This document shows, one piece after another, positions 55,859 to 64,000 of a stretch of 64,000 bases of DNA. The stretch is from positions 10,494 through 74,493 of the IMG/VR virus record IMGVR_UViG_3300020036_011017; one strand, written 5' to 3'. How positions within the stretch are numbered: the first letter of the stretch is position 1; each line of letters opens with the position of its first letter. This stretch comes from a virus (taxonomy: Duplodnaviria; Caudoviricetes). A program made the position numbers and the translations under genes. The notes under the pieces are model-generated. The model ran no database searches and had not been told where the DNA came from. It saw only the letters and a program-made list of their open reading frames with translations.

Positions 55859-58624
55859 ATGGAAGAAAATAATAAAATTGTTACCATCGTTGAGATAGAT
55901 TCTCAACAGGCTCAACAAGAGATAGTTAAATTGAATGCTATAGCTTCTAATACTACTAAGACTCTTGAAGAGAGAATAGCTGCAAAGAATAAAGCAATTG
56001 AACTTCAAAATAAGTTAGCTGCTCAATCAATAAAAGCATTAAATGATAATGCCAAAGCAATTGAAGGAGTAGCTGGCAAAGAAGAAGAACATCGAAAATC
56101 ACTTGAAAAAGTATCTTCTGAACAACTCAAAGCTATAAAAACACAAGAGACAGCTTCTACTCAACTTGATAAACTAAATCAAGCGTATGAAAGACAATCT
56201 AGCGCTTATGGTCGTCTAACTCAAGATAGACTTGAAGCTCAAAAAGTTTTAAAAGAACTTATCGCTGCTGAAGGTTTAGGTTCTAAAGCTGTTCAAGAAG
56301 CTTCTAAAAAATTCCTTCTTTTAGACCAAAGAATGAAAGAAGCAGATCATTCAGGAGAAGACTTTACTAAACAAGTAGGAAAATACCCTGGCGCCTTCAA
56401 TGCAGCTGGAGAAGCAGTAGTTAGTTTAAGAACTAAACTGAGAGAAGCAATCTTAACTCAGTCTGCTATGTCTCAAAAATATGGCGAGACATCAGAGGAA
56501 GCTATTGGAGCTGCAAAGGCAGTAGCAGAACTTAAGGACCAAATCTCTTTTAACAAGGATTTAGTAGACAGTTTTAATCCTGACCAAAAGTTTAAAGCTT
56601 TAGGAGCAGCAACTCAACTTTCAACTACTGCTCTTAGTGCAGGTGTATCAGGGATGGCTCTCTTTGGAGATCAGTCAGAAGATACTGAAAAGGCATTACT
56701 TAAAGTACAAGCTGCAATGGCTTTCAGTCAAGCTGTTAGTAGTTTGTCAGATATTGGAGATCAGTATAAGTTATTAAAAGCAACTATTATTGGTTTTTTT
56801 ACTGCTTCAACTACAGCAAGAGTTATTGATACAGCAGCTACTGAAGCTAGTATAGTTGCTGAGAATCAATCTACTGCTTCTAAGATAAAAGGTACTATTG
56901 TTACAGGAGCATTAACAGTTGCTACAGGTATTGCTACAGCAGCTCAATGGCTATGGAATGTAGCTGTAATGTCGAATCCAATTATTGCTCTTGTAGTAGC
57001 GCTCGCAGCAGCAACTGCAGGTCTTTACTTTTTGACTAAATCTTTAATGGCTAGCTCAGATGCAAATGACAAGGCTTCTAAAGATACAGAAAAATTAGCT
57101 AAAGCTCTTGATAGAGAATCCCTTGCGCTATATAAAGTTGGTCAATCTATCAGAGATAAGAATGAGCATACTTTAGCAATGGCAAAAGCTAATGGAGCAA
57201 GTACTGAAAGCATCCGTAAGTTAGAAAAGAAATTAATTGACGAACAGATAGCTACTGACAAAGCTAGTGCGACGACGGCTAGTAATACTTTCATTCAAGA
57301 AAGAAATTCACTTGCTAAACTTAAAGCAGCAGGAGCTTCAGATGAAGTAATAGCAGCTAGAGAAAAAGAAGTACAAGCAGCCTATAGCACTTTTCAAAGA
57401 GAAAATAAACAACTTGACTCATCATACAAAGAAAGAGCTAAGTTATTAAAAGCACACGAGATACAAGTAGCAACAGAAAAAACTGAGGCTAGAAAAAAAG
57501 CTGAGGAAGATTCTAAGAAGTTAGCTAAAGATTCACAGGAGGCAAATAAAAAAAGACTCAGTGATGAGGCAGACGCAAAAGCTAAAGCTGAAAAAGAAGC
57601 TAAGGAAGCTCTTGAATTAAAAAAGAGAGAAGCTAGGGCACAAATAGATTTAGCTGAAACTGATATAGCTGAAACTAAAACTAAGAATCCAAAAGCAGAT
57701 ACTTTAGAAGCTGAAAAGAATGTTCTCAATAAAAAAAGAGAGTTAGAATTAATGTCTACAGATCTTCTTGAGAGTGAAAAATTAGCTATCAAAGAAAAAT
57801 ATCTGCAATCAGAGTTAGAACTTGAAACCAATAGAACATTAGCTTTAAAGGCAATCCAAGATGAGGCCTATCTCATAAAGTTTGAATCTGAAAGTCTTCG
57901 TCTACAATTAGAACAAGATTTAAGAACTATTGAGTTCGATAGCAAGGCTAGAACTATCCTTGAAATTAATGACTTTGAAATGGCTAAGGTCAAAGAGAGA
58001 TCAGATTTCGAACTTACTAATCTTAAACTTACTGAGGTTGAAAGAGTCAGAATTAAACAGGAGACAGATGCTCAACTTAGAGCAATGCAAGCAGCAGCAG
58101 ATGCTGCTAATAAAGCTTCAGTTGATAAGCAGGCAGAAGATGGAATAGACGCTCTTGCTGAATCTTTTGGAGTAGCTAAAGAAGTAGCAGTAGCTAAAAT
58201 GATTATGGCAGCTCCAGAGGCTATTGGAAACTCTTTCAAGAATGCAGCAGCAGCTTATGTACCACCTTTATCATTAGCTATGGGAGCATTAGGTGCAGCT
58301 ACAACTGTGGTTCCTATTATTAAAGGCTTAGCTGATATTAAAAAAACAAGATTCTCTGGTAAAAAAGGAAAAGGTGGAAGTTCAACAGGAGGTTCTATAG
58401 CTTCTCCAGGTGGAAGTTCTGGAGTAGCCTCATTAGCTGTAGGAGATTTAGCAGCGAATAACGCAGCTCAATTAGGACTAGATCCATCCATCAAGGGCGC
58501 TGCTACTTCACAGGCAGCAAATAATGTATTAGGCTCATCTGGAAATACAGTAGTATTTTCTGAAGGTAAGTACAGCGATTTTAAAAACCAAGTACAATTT
58601 AAAGAACAAAAAACATCTATTTAA
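55859..58624 (+). CDS. Tape measure protein (probable)
   Basis: 921 aa, Ala/Lys/Glu-rich helical, central hydrophobic segments (AAQWLWNVAVMSNPIIALVVALAA). Confidence 0.75.
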   Translation: MEENNKIVTIVEIDSQQAQQEIVKLNAIASNTTKTLEERIAAKNKAIELQNKLAAQSIKALNDNAKAIEGVAGKEEEHRKSLEKVSSEQLKAIKTQETASTQLDKLNQAYERQSSAYGRLTQDRLEAQKVLKELIAAEGLGSKAVQEASKKFLLLDQRMKEADHSGEDFTKQVGKYPGAFNAAGEAVVSLRTKLREAILTQSAMSQKYGETSEEAIGAAKAVAELKDQISFNKDLVDSFNPDQKFKALGAATQLSTTALSAGVSGMALFGDQSEDTEKALLKVQAAMAFSQAVSSLSDIGDQYKLLKATIIGFFTASTTARVIDTAATEASIVAENQSTASKIKGTIVTGALTVATGIATAAQWLWNVAVMSNPIIALVVALAAATAGLYFLTKSLMASSDANDKASKDTEKLAKALDRESLALYKVGQSIRDKNEHTLAMAKANGASTESIRKLEKKLIDEQIATDKASATTASNTFIQERNSLAKLKAAGASDEVIAAREKEVQAAYSTFQRENKQLDSSYKERAKLLKAHEIQVATEKTEARKKAEEDSKKLAKDSQEANKKRLSDEADAKAKAEKEAKEALELKKREARAQIDLAETDIAETKTKNPKADTLEAEKNVLNKKRELELMSTDLLESEKLAIKEKYLQSELELETNRTLALKAIQDEAYLIKFESESLRLQLEQDLRTIEFDSKARTILEINDFEMAKVKERSDFELTNLKLTEVERVRIKQETDAQLRAMQAAADAANKASVDKQAEDGIDALAESFGVAKEVAVAKMIMAAPEAIGNSFKNAAAAYVPPLSLAMGALGAATTVVPIIKGLADIKKTRFSGKKGKGGSSTGGSIASPGGSSGVASLAVGDLAANNAAQLGLDPSIKGAATSQAANNVLGSSGNTVVFSEGKYSDFKNQVQFKEQKTSI

Positions 58625-60549
58625 TGAGTCAGTTAGAAAAAGCTGAGAGCAAAACGCAGACTGATCTAACTAGCTCTCAAAGAAAGAATGGAGACTATCC
58701 TAAAGGAAAGATAGTCTTAAAAGGAATACCTATAACTATTGAGAATCCAAAAGGTTCTATTAGAAGTGGTTATTCTCCAGAGGGAGTTTTTTGGAAGTCT
58801 ATCTTAAACTATACTTATGGTTTTATAGATGACTCTATGGGGAGTGATGGAGATGAGATAGATATTTTTTTAGGACCTATCGCAGGTTCTAAAGAAGACT
58901 TTCTTGTCTACATTATAAGCCAAGTCCATCCTAAAACTAAACTCTTTGATGAGTATAAAGTTATGTTTGGTTTCAGCAATGCTAGAGAAGCTAGAGAAGC
59001 TTATTTCAGTTGTTATGAAGAAGGCTGGAAAGGATTTGGATCTATATCTCAAATCTCACTTTCTAGCTTTGCTACTTGGACTAAAACAAAGAGCAATGAA
59101 TTCTATATTAATCAATTAAATCCTAAAAAAAATGAAGTAGTGGCAGATCAAAATGAAAGACTTAAACTCATAAAGTTAGAGGGAGAAGTATTCGAGGATA
59201 AAACCTTATTAGACCTACAAAACCAGGCAGGTGACTTAAAGTTAATTAACACTCTAATAATGTCTATAGCATCTCCAGGAGGAGATGTAAGCGAGGGCAT
59301 TAAGATTATGATGTGGTTAGATTACTTATCCTCAATAGGAATAAAAGTAGTCACTATAGTTACTTCTAACGCTTATAGCATTGCCTCATTGATTATGTTA
59401 GCAGCAGATCACACTTTAATAGCTAAGGATGCTGACGTAATGGTACATAATCCAATGGTGCCTGAGTTAAAGTTAGTTAATGCTAATGAGCTAGAAGAGC
59501 ACGTAAAAAATCTAAGAGAGTTAGAGTCAACTATGTACGATCTTTATGAGATCTTTACTGACTTATCAATTGAAGAGATAAGAGAGTTAATGGATAATGA
59601 AACTTATCTTTCCGCTGATGAGGCAGTTAGATTAGGATTTGCTGACGAAATCGCAAATATTAAGAAGCAGCCAAAAGTTATGGCTATCAGTAAAAACAAA
59701 ATTTTAGATATGAAAAAAACGTTAAACATTTTAAACAAAGTAATCGCCTTGGTTGGTAATTCTAATATTGTCAACCAGCTATATTACAATGACGAAGGAG
59801 GACAGTTAGAAATCTATCAGTTAGATCCTTCAACTTATGCAAAAGGAGATCGAACTTCAATTGAAAATGGAGAAGTAAAATTACAAGATGGTTCAGTTTT
59901 GACCATTGAAAATTTTATTATTAGCTCTATTGAAAAAGGAGTTCCTGCAGTAGAAGCAGCAACACCAGTTGCTCCAGTTGTTCCTGTAGATCCTGCTCTT
60001 GCACCTGCAGCAGCACCAGAGGCAGTAGCAGGCTTTAATGTAGGACCAGCACCTGCAGCACCAGCAGAAAAACCTGCTGAGATGAAAACTGAAACTACAA
60101 AAACTGAGACAGTAAAAACTGAGCCAGTAGCCTCACCTGTTGCAGTAGTTGTAGCACCTGTAGATCCATTAGCAGTGGCGCCTGTAGATCCATTAGCTGC
60201 TCCAAAAGCAGTAGATCCAATAGTTGCTCCAGTACCAGAAGTTGAGTCTCCTGAGGAAGAAGCTGCTGAAGTTGAAATCTCTAAAGTTGAATACGACGCT
60301 TTAGTAGAGATGTGTACTAAACTAGCTGAGAGAGTTAGAGTTTTAGAAGAAGGAAGCGGAACAATGAAAGAGCAAATGACTTCAGCTTTACAGTTTGAAG
60401 AAGTAGCAACTCAGGCTATTGATTTGATAGCTAGAAATACATCTTCAAATTTCGTACCATCAGCTAAAGCAGTTGTAGGGCCAGCACCAACTGGATCTAT
60501 TTTTGAACAAGCAAAAGCAAGAGCAGCAGCAGCAAAAGCCGCTAAATAA
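58624..60549 (+). CDS. Fusion of inorganic pyrophosphatase-like (InPase) domain, ClpP/S14 prohead protease and Ala/Pro/Val-rich scaffold
   Basis: GIPITIENPKGS.R..YGFIDDSMGSDGDEIDIFLG..FDEYKVMFGF (InPase); SPGGDV, AYSIAS, MVHNP and ETYLSADEAVRLGFAD (ClpP); low-complexity C-terminus. Confidence 0.8.
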   Translation: MSQLEKAESKTQTDLTSSQRKNGDYPKGKIVLKGIPITIENPKGSIRSGYSPEGVFWKSILNYTYGFIDDSMGSDGDEIDIFLGPIAGSKEDFLVYIISQVHPKTKLFDEYKVMFGFSNAREAREAYFSCYEEGWKGFGSISQISLSSFATWTKTKSNEFYINQLNPKKNEVVADQNERLKLIKLEGEVFEDKTLLDLQNQAGDLKLINTLIMSIASPGGDVSEGIKIMMWLDYLSSIGIKVVTIVTSNAYSIASLIMLAADHTLIAKDADVMVHNPMVPELKLVNANELEEHVKNLRELESTMYDLYEIFTDLSIEEIRELMDNETYLSADEAVRLGFADEIANIKKQPKVMAISKNKILDMKKTLNILNKVIALVGNSNIVNQLYYNDEGGQLEIYQLDPSTYAKGDRTSIENGEVKLQDGSVLTIENFIISSIEKGVPAVEAATPVAPVVPVDPALAPAAAPEAVAGFNVGPAPAAPAEKPAEMKTETTKTETVKTEPVASPVAVVVAPVDPLAVAPVDPLAAPKAVDPIVAPVPEVESPEEEAAEVEISKVEYDALVEMCTKLAERVRVLEEGSGTMKEQMTSALQFEEVATQAIDLIARNTSSNFVPSAKAVVGPAPTGSIFEQAKARAAAAKAAK

Positions 60550-60615
60550 AAGTTAATAAACAGAAGTAGAGAGTACTTAAAAAATCTTAATAATTAATCA
60601 TTAAAAAAACAGATT

Positions 60616-61599
60616 ATGGCATTTAACGTAGGAGGAGCACCAGTAGGAATTTTAGCAAGAGCTTTAACAGGAAACATCTTTGTAGAGAAATCCTTAGCTT
60701 ATATGAATGAAGGAGATAAAGATGGTTATAACGCTTACAAGCACGACATTAAAAATGTCTTGAGAGCGAGATCAGCTAATCCAGCTAACACTGTAGCTAA
60801 CACATCTCAGAAGCAAGCCTTCAAAAGAAATTTAGTAGTAGTAGAGTCTTTCGAAACTTTCGATCCAGCTGAATACTACTCTCACTGGAGAGAATTCCAG
60901 CCAGAGGGAGCTTTCCAATGGGAAGGTTTACCAACTGAAGTACAATCTACTTTAGAAGAGTTGATGTTAGGCACAGCTGCCGAGGCTACAGAAGATTTAT
61001 TAACTAATGGAACAGCTCTAGTTACTGGATTAGTTCCTCAGTTGAAATCTACAGCTTACACAGCTTTACAAGGAGCCGCAGCAACTCCAACTCAAACTGT
61101 AATGAATACAGCTATCGCTTTCCGTGCTCACTCAGCTGGCGCTGGTGTAGCTTTAGGAGAAGTTTTGACTGTTGATAATGTCTTCGCTAAATTGGAGATC
61201 TTAATCAAGTATCAAACTAAAGCAATGAGAAAAAGAATGAATCGTAAATTTATGATCTCTGCAGGAACCGCTGATTTAATCAGAGAGGCTCAACGTTTGA
61301 AATTAAACTTCAAAGGTGTAGACGTTACAGAAGAAGGCATTATGAGATATGCTGGTTACGATTTGATTGAAAACTTATCTTTTCCAGATAATACAATCTT
61401 ATTCTGTTCTATGTCTGGAGACATCAAAACTGATGCTATCCAATTAGGAACTTCAAGAAGTGCTGACTTTAATAATCTTGAAGTTAACAGAGTTTCTAAC
61501 TTTGGTAGAGAGTGGGGTATGTTATTAACTTTCGCTTTGGACATCTTTGTTGTTCGTCCTGAGGAAGTTTGTTTCTATACTACTTCAGCTTTAATCTAG
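60616..61599 (+). CDS. Major capsid protein (probable)
   Basis: 327 aa immediately after the protease/scaffold gene and followed by a strong terminator. Confidence 0.7.
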   Translation: MAFNVGGAPVGILARALTGNIFVEKSLAYMNEGDKDGYNAYKHDIKNVLRARSANPANTVANTSQKQAFKRNLVVVESFETFDPAEYYSHWREFQPEGAFQWEGLPTEVQSTLEELMLGTAAEATEDLLTNGTALVTGLVPQLKSTAYTALQGAAATPTQTVMNTAIAFRAHSAGAGVALGEVLTVDNVFAKLEILIKYQTKAMRKRMNRKFMISAGTADLIREAQRLKLNFKGVDVTEEGIMRYAGYDLIENLSFPDNTILFCSMSGDIKTDAIQLGTSRSADFNNLEVNRVSNFGREWGMLLTFALDIFVVRPEEVCFYTTSALI

Positions 61600-61624
61600 T
61601 ATTAAGCTGATAGAGTAAAAATTT

Positions 61625-61656
61625 AAGGCACCAATTAATTTTGGTGCCTTTTTTTT
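61625..61656 (+). terminator. Rho-independent terminator
   Basis: AAGGCACCAA-TTAATT-TTGGTGCCTT followed by a T run. Confidence 0.8.
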
Positions 61657-61677
61657 AATAAATAAAAAACTTAAAAA

Positions 61678-62247
61678 ATGAGTTGTATAACAGGTATTAC
61701 TAATGGTATCGCTAAAGACTGTGCTACTATTAATGCAGCTATTGGAGCAGATAAAGATTTAATCTTAGTCAACTATGCTGACTTTGATAAAGTAAAAACT
61801 TTCGACCCAACTAATAGAGAGACAGCAGGAAGTAATATCAAAGGACTTAAAAATATCTTTCTAAAGCTTGGTGCTGGAAAATACATTTTCGAGGGAACAG
61901 ACTACTCTGTAGTCCCAAGTATTACACCTGAGGTTAGAGAAGATGGAGGACTTTGGTATACTCACCAAATCTTATTTACTATCTATAGTAAAAAAGCTAC
62001 TGATAGAAAAACAATAGAGGCTCTTGGGGGCTCAATTGTAATAGCAGTTACGAAAGATCGCTCTACTGGACTTTATGAATTATTTGGCTCAGACCAAGGG
62101 TTAAAGGTTTCAGCTATAGAACGTCCTTACACAGGAGCTCAAAACTCTAACTTCTATCAAGTAACAATAGTTACTCCAGAAATTGGCGTTGTGAAAGAGT
62201 CAGGACTTGCAGAACTTTCAGCGCTTGTAACTACTAACTTAGTTTAG
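61678..62247 (+). CDS. Major tail-tube-like protein, paralog 1
   Basis: MSC.......KDC....AIGADKDLILVNY; 189 aa. Confidence 0.6.
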   Translation: MSCITGITNGIAKDCATINAAIGADKDLILVNYADFDKVKTFDPTNRETAGSNIKGLKNIFLKLGAGKYIFEGTDYSVVPSITPEVREDGGLWYTHQILFTIYSKKATDRKTIEALGGSIVIAVTKDRSTGLYELFGSDQGLKVSAIERPYTGAQNSNFYQVTIVTPEIGVVKESGLAELSALVTTNLV

Positions 62248-62273
62248 TAGATTAATAAATAAAAACTTAAAAA

Positions 62274-62843
62274 ATGAGTTGTATCACAGAAATTTTAAAA
62301 GGAGTTACAAAAGATTGTAAAGCCTTTAATGCAGCTATTGGTTCTGATAAAGATCTAATCTTAGTTAACTACGAGGATTTTGATAAAGCAGCAACTTTAG
62401 CTATAGGAAACAGAGAGATAGATGATTTAGATAATAATCTTGATGGGTTAACTAGCGTTATTCTAAAAACTGGAGCTATTCAGCATATCTTTGAAGGGAC
62501 AGACTATTCAGTTGTACCTACAGTTACTCCTGAGATAAAAGAAGATGGGGATATCTGGTATACTCATCAAGTCTTATTCACTGTTTATAGCAAGTTAGCT
62601 AAAGACAGAAAAACTTTAGAAGACCTAGATGATTCTAGAGTAATAGCTATTGTGAAAGAAAGATCTACTGGACTTTATGAATTATTTGGAATGGATCAAG
62701 GATTGAAGGTTTCAGCAATAGAGAGAGCCTACACAGGAGCTCAAAATTCTAACTTCTACCAAGTAACTCTTCTAACTCCAGAGGCTGGTATTGCTAAAGA
62801 ATCTACCTTAGGAGAATTAGCTGTTAATATTCAGGTACTTTAA
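62274..62843 (+). CDS. Major tail-tube-like protein, paralog 2
   Basis: 189 aa, colinear with paralog 1. Confidence 0.6.
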   Translation: MSCITEILKGVTKDCKAFNAAIGSDKDLILVNYEDFDKAATLAIGNREIDDLDNNLDGLTSVILKTGAIQHIFEGTDYSVVPTVTPEIKEDGDIWYTHQVLFTVYSKLAKDRKTLEDLDDSRVIAIVKERSTGLYELFGMDQGLKVSAIERAYTGAQNSNFYQVTLLTPEAGIAKESTLGELAVNIQVL

Positions 62844-62894
62844 TTTATCTTTATATCCTAACAGCCTCAGACATTCTTATCTATGTGTAATAGG

Positions 62895-62962
62895 CTCTAG
62901 GAGAGATTCTTTAGTTAATTTGATAACAATATATCCCTTTAAAAAGATAATCTCTTAGAGAG
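62895..62962. repeat. 68-bp palindromic element, copy I
   Basis: CTCTAGGAGAGATTC...AATCTCTTAGAGAG, with AGG/CCT flanks extending the pairing. Confidence 0.55.
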
Positions 62963-62988
62963 CCTAAAACACTAATAAAATAAAATCT

Positions 62989-64000
62989 ATGTCAACTAAA
63001 AATATTACGAATGGAATTGCGTTTGATTGCGCAGTTTTTAATGAATCTATTGGAGCTGATAAAGATCTAATCTTAATCAACTATTTAGATTTTGATCTTG
63101 AGCAAACAGCATCAGCTTATAATAGACAGGTAGATAACTCTCTTAACAATGTTAGAGGGCTTTCAGATATCTTTCTTAAGCCTGGAGCAATCCAATATAT
63201 TTTCGAGGGAACAGACTACTCTGTAGTCCCAAGTATTACACCTGAGGTTAGAGAGGATGGAAATATTTGGTTTACACATAGTATAGCTTTTACTGTCTAT
63301 AGCAAAAAGGCACAGGATAGAGAGACATTACTTTCTTTAGGAAAATCGAAAGTAATAGCAGTTACTAAAGATCGTTCTACTGGACTCTATGAGCTTTTTG
63401 GAATGTATCAAGGGCTAAAAGTAACTGGAATTGATAGAACATACGTAGGAGCTCAAAATTCTAACTTCTACCAAGTAACAATAGCAACTCCAGATATTAA
63501 TGTTATAAAAGAGCCCTCATTAAGTGAGTTATCAATTTACTTAGACGGAGGAACTATATTGCCACCTGCTCCAACACCAGGAGTTTATGGAGATGCAACA
63601 CCAACAGTACAGGGATTAGTAAGAGTTGATACTCTAAGGCCAAATCCTATCGTCTATACTGTCGAATCTGCTGACTTTAAGTTTGAAGAAAAGAGCAATA
63701 AAGTTACAACAGCAGCACAGTTAGAACTGAATAAAAATTCTACAGTAAAATATGGCTCTTTAAAGGCTATTGTAGATTGGATTACAGCTCTTTTTGAGCC
63801 TATATTAGCAGCAGGAACAATAGGCCAGTACTATAGAGGAGATAAGACATGGCAAACCCTTGACAAAAATGCTATAGGGCTTGGCAATGTAGATAATACT
63901 TCAGATGCTGAAAAGCCTTTGTCTGATATAGCTCTATTTGCTCTTGAACTAAAGGCTGATTTAATTGGAGGACTTGTCCCTAGCTATCAACTCCCTTCTT
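62989..64000 (+). CDS. Tail-tube-like paralog 3 with a C-terminal fibre-like extension, 3'-truncated (not in the ORF track)
   Basis: Open from ATG 62989 to the window end. The first ~185 aa are paralogous to the two upstream genes, then come a Pro-rich linker and QYYRGDKTWQTLDKNAIGLGNVDNTSDAEKP. Confidence 0.8.
   Translation, partial: MSTKNITNGIAFDCAVFNESIGADKDLILINYLDFDLEQTASAYNRQVDNSLNNVRGLSDIFLKPGAIQYIFEGTDYSVVPSITPEVREDGNIWFTHSIAFTVYSKKAQDRETLLSLGKSKVIAVTKDRSTGLYELFGMYQGLKVTGIDRTYVGAQNSNFYQVTIATPDINVIKEPSLSELSIYLDGGTILPPAPTPGVYGDATPTVQGLVRVDTLRPNPIVYTVESADFKFEEKSNKVTTAAQLELNKNSTVKYGSLKAIVDWITALFEPILAAGTIGQYYRGDKTWQTLDKNAIGLGNVDNTSDAEKPLSDIALFALELKADLIGGLVPSYQLPS

Noticed and set aside
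371-61544. Minus-strand ORFs in the track (371-730, 5391-5579, 12494-13156, 13352-13579, 33739-34068, 51791-52156, 57394-57831 and similar)
   Set aside because: They lie antisense to well-supported genes and are Ser/Leu/Phe-rich mirror translations of Glu/Lys-rich coding strands.
7423-62962. 68-bp elements as an IS/MITE family
   Set aside because: No transposase in the window, no consistent target-site duplication, and the interiors are too divergent; not fully excluded without the rest of the genome.
61678-64000. Diversity-generating retroelement template/variable repeat pair
   Set aside because: No reverse transcriptase in the window, the shared patches are identical rather than adenine-mutated, and all copies are full coding paralogs.
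1-64000. Integrated prophage boundaries
   Set aside because: No integrase, att-like host junction or bacterial housekeeping context; all content is consistent with a free phage genome.
1-64000. GATC avoidance
   Set aside because: GATC and AGATCT are abundant throughout.

Overview
A 64-kb, AT-rich slice of a large tailed dsDNA phage genome. The host is probably a Bacteroidota/Flavobacteriales bacterium, because starts are A-rich without Shine-Dalgarno sequences, repeated promoter cassettes resemble the TTTG / TAnnTTTG consensus, and NrdJ is of the Bacteroidota style. Almost all genes are on the + strand. Order: a 7-deazaguanine-type DNA-modification cluster (QueC-like, nucleotide kinase, TGT/DpdA-like fused to DUF3310); a DnaE split into two ORFs around a GIY-YIG endonuclease; recombination and nucleotide-metabolism genes (UvsY-like, SSB, SbcD, RecA, SbcC, RuvC-like, ThyA, ligase, SNF2 helicase, RNase H, nucleotidyltransferase, intein-containing NrdJ, HU-like); an O-like initiator and a VirE_N primase-SF4 helicase; a T7-family single-subunit RNA polymerase; portal, a tRNA/tRNA-like cluster and terminase; a repeat-rich 1.4-kb non-coding region; early accessory genes including denV; then tail genes, tape measure, a pyrophosphatase-ClpP-scaffold fusion, capsid and three paralogous tail-tube-like genes. 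The most notable observations are: (1) the DnaE halves end and begin in what look like catalytically dead, charge-complementary halves of a split intein; (2) a dispersed family of about 68-bp imperfect palindromes at operon boundaries; (3) the InPase-ClpP-scaffold fusion; (4) a T7-type RNAP flanked by a 25-bp direct repeat in a phage that is not T7-like. All protein family calls come from motif recognition by eye; no database search was run.
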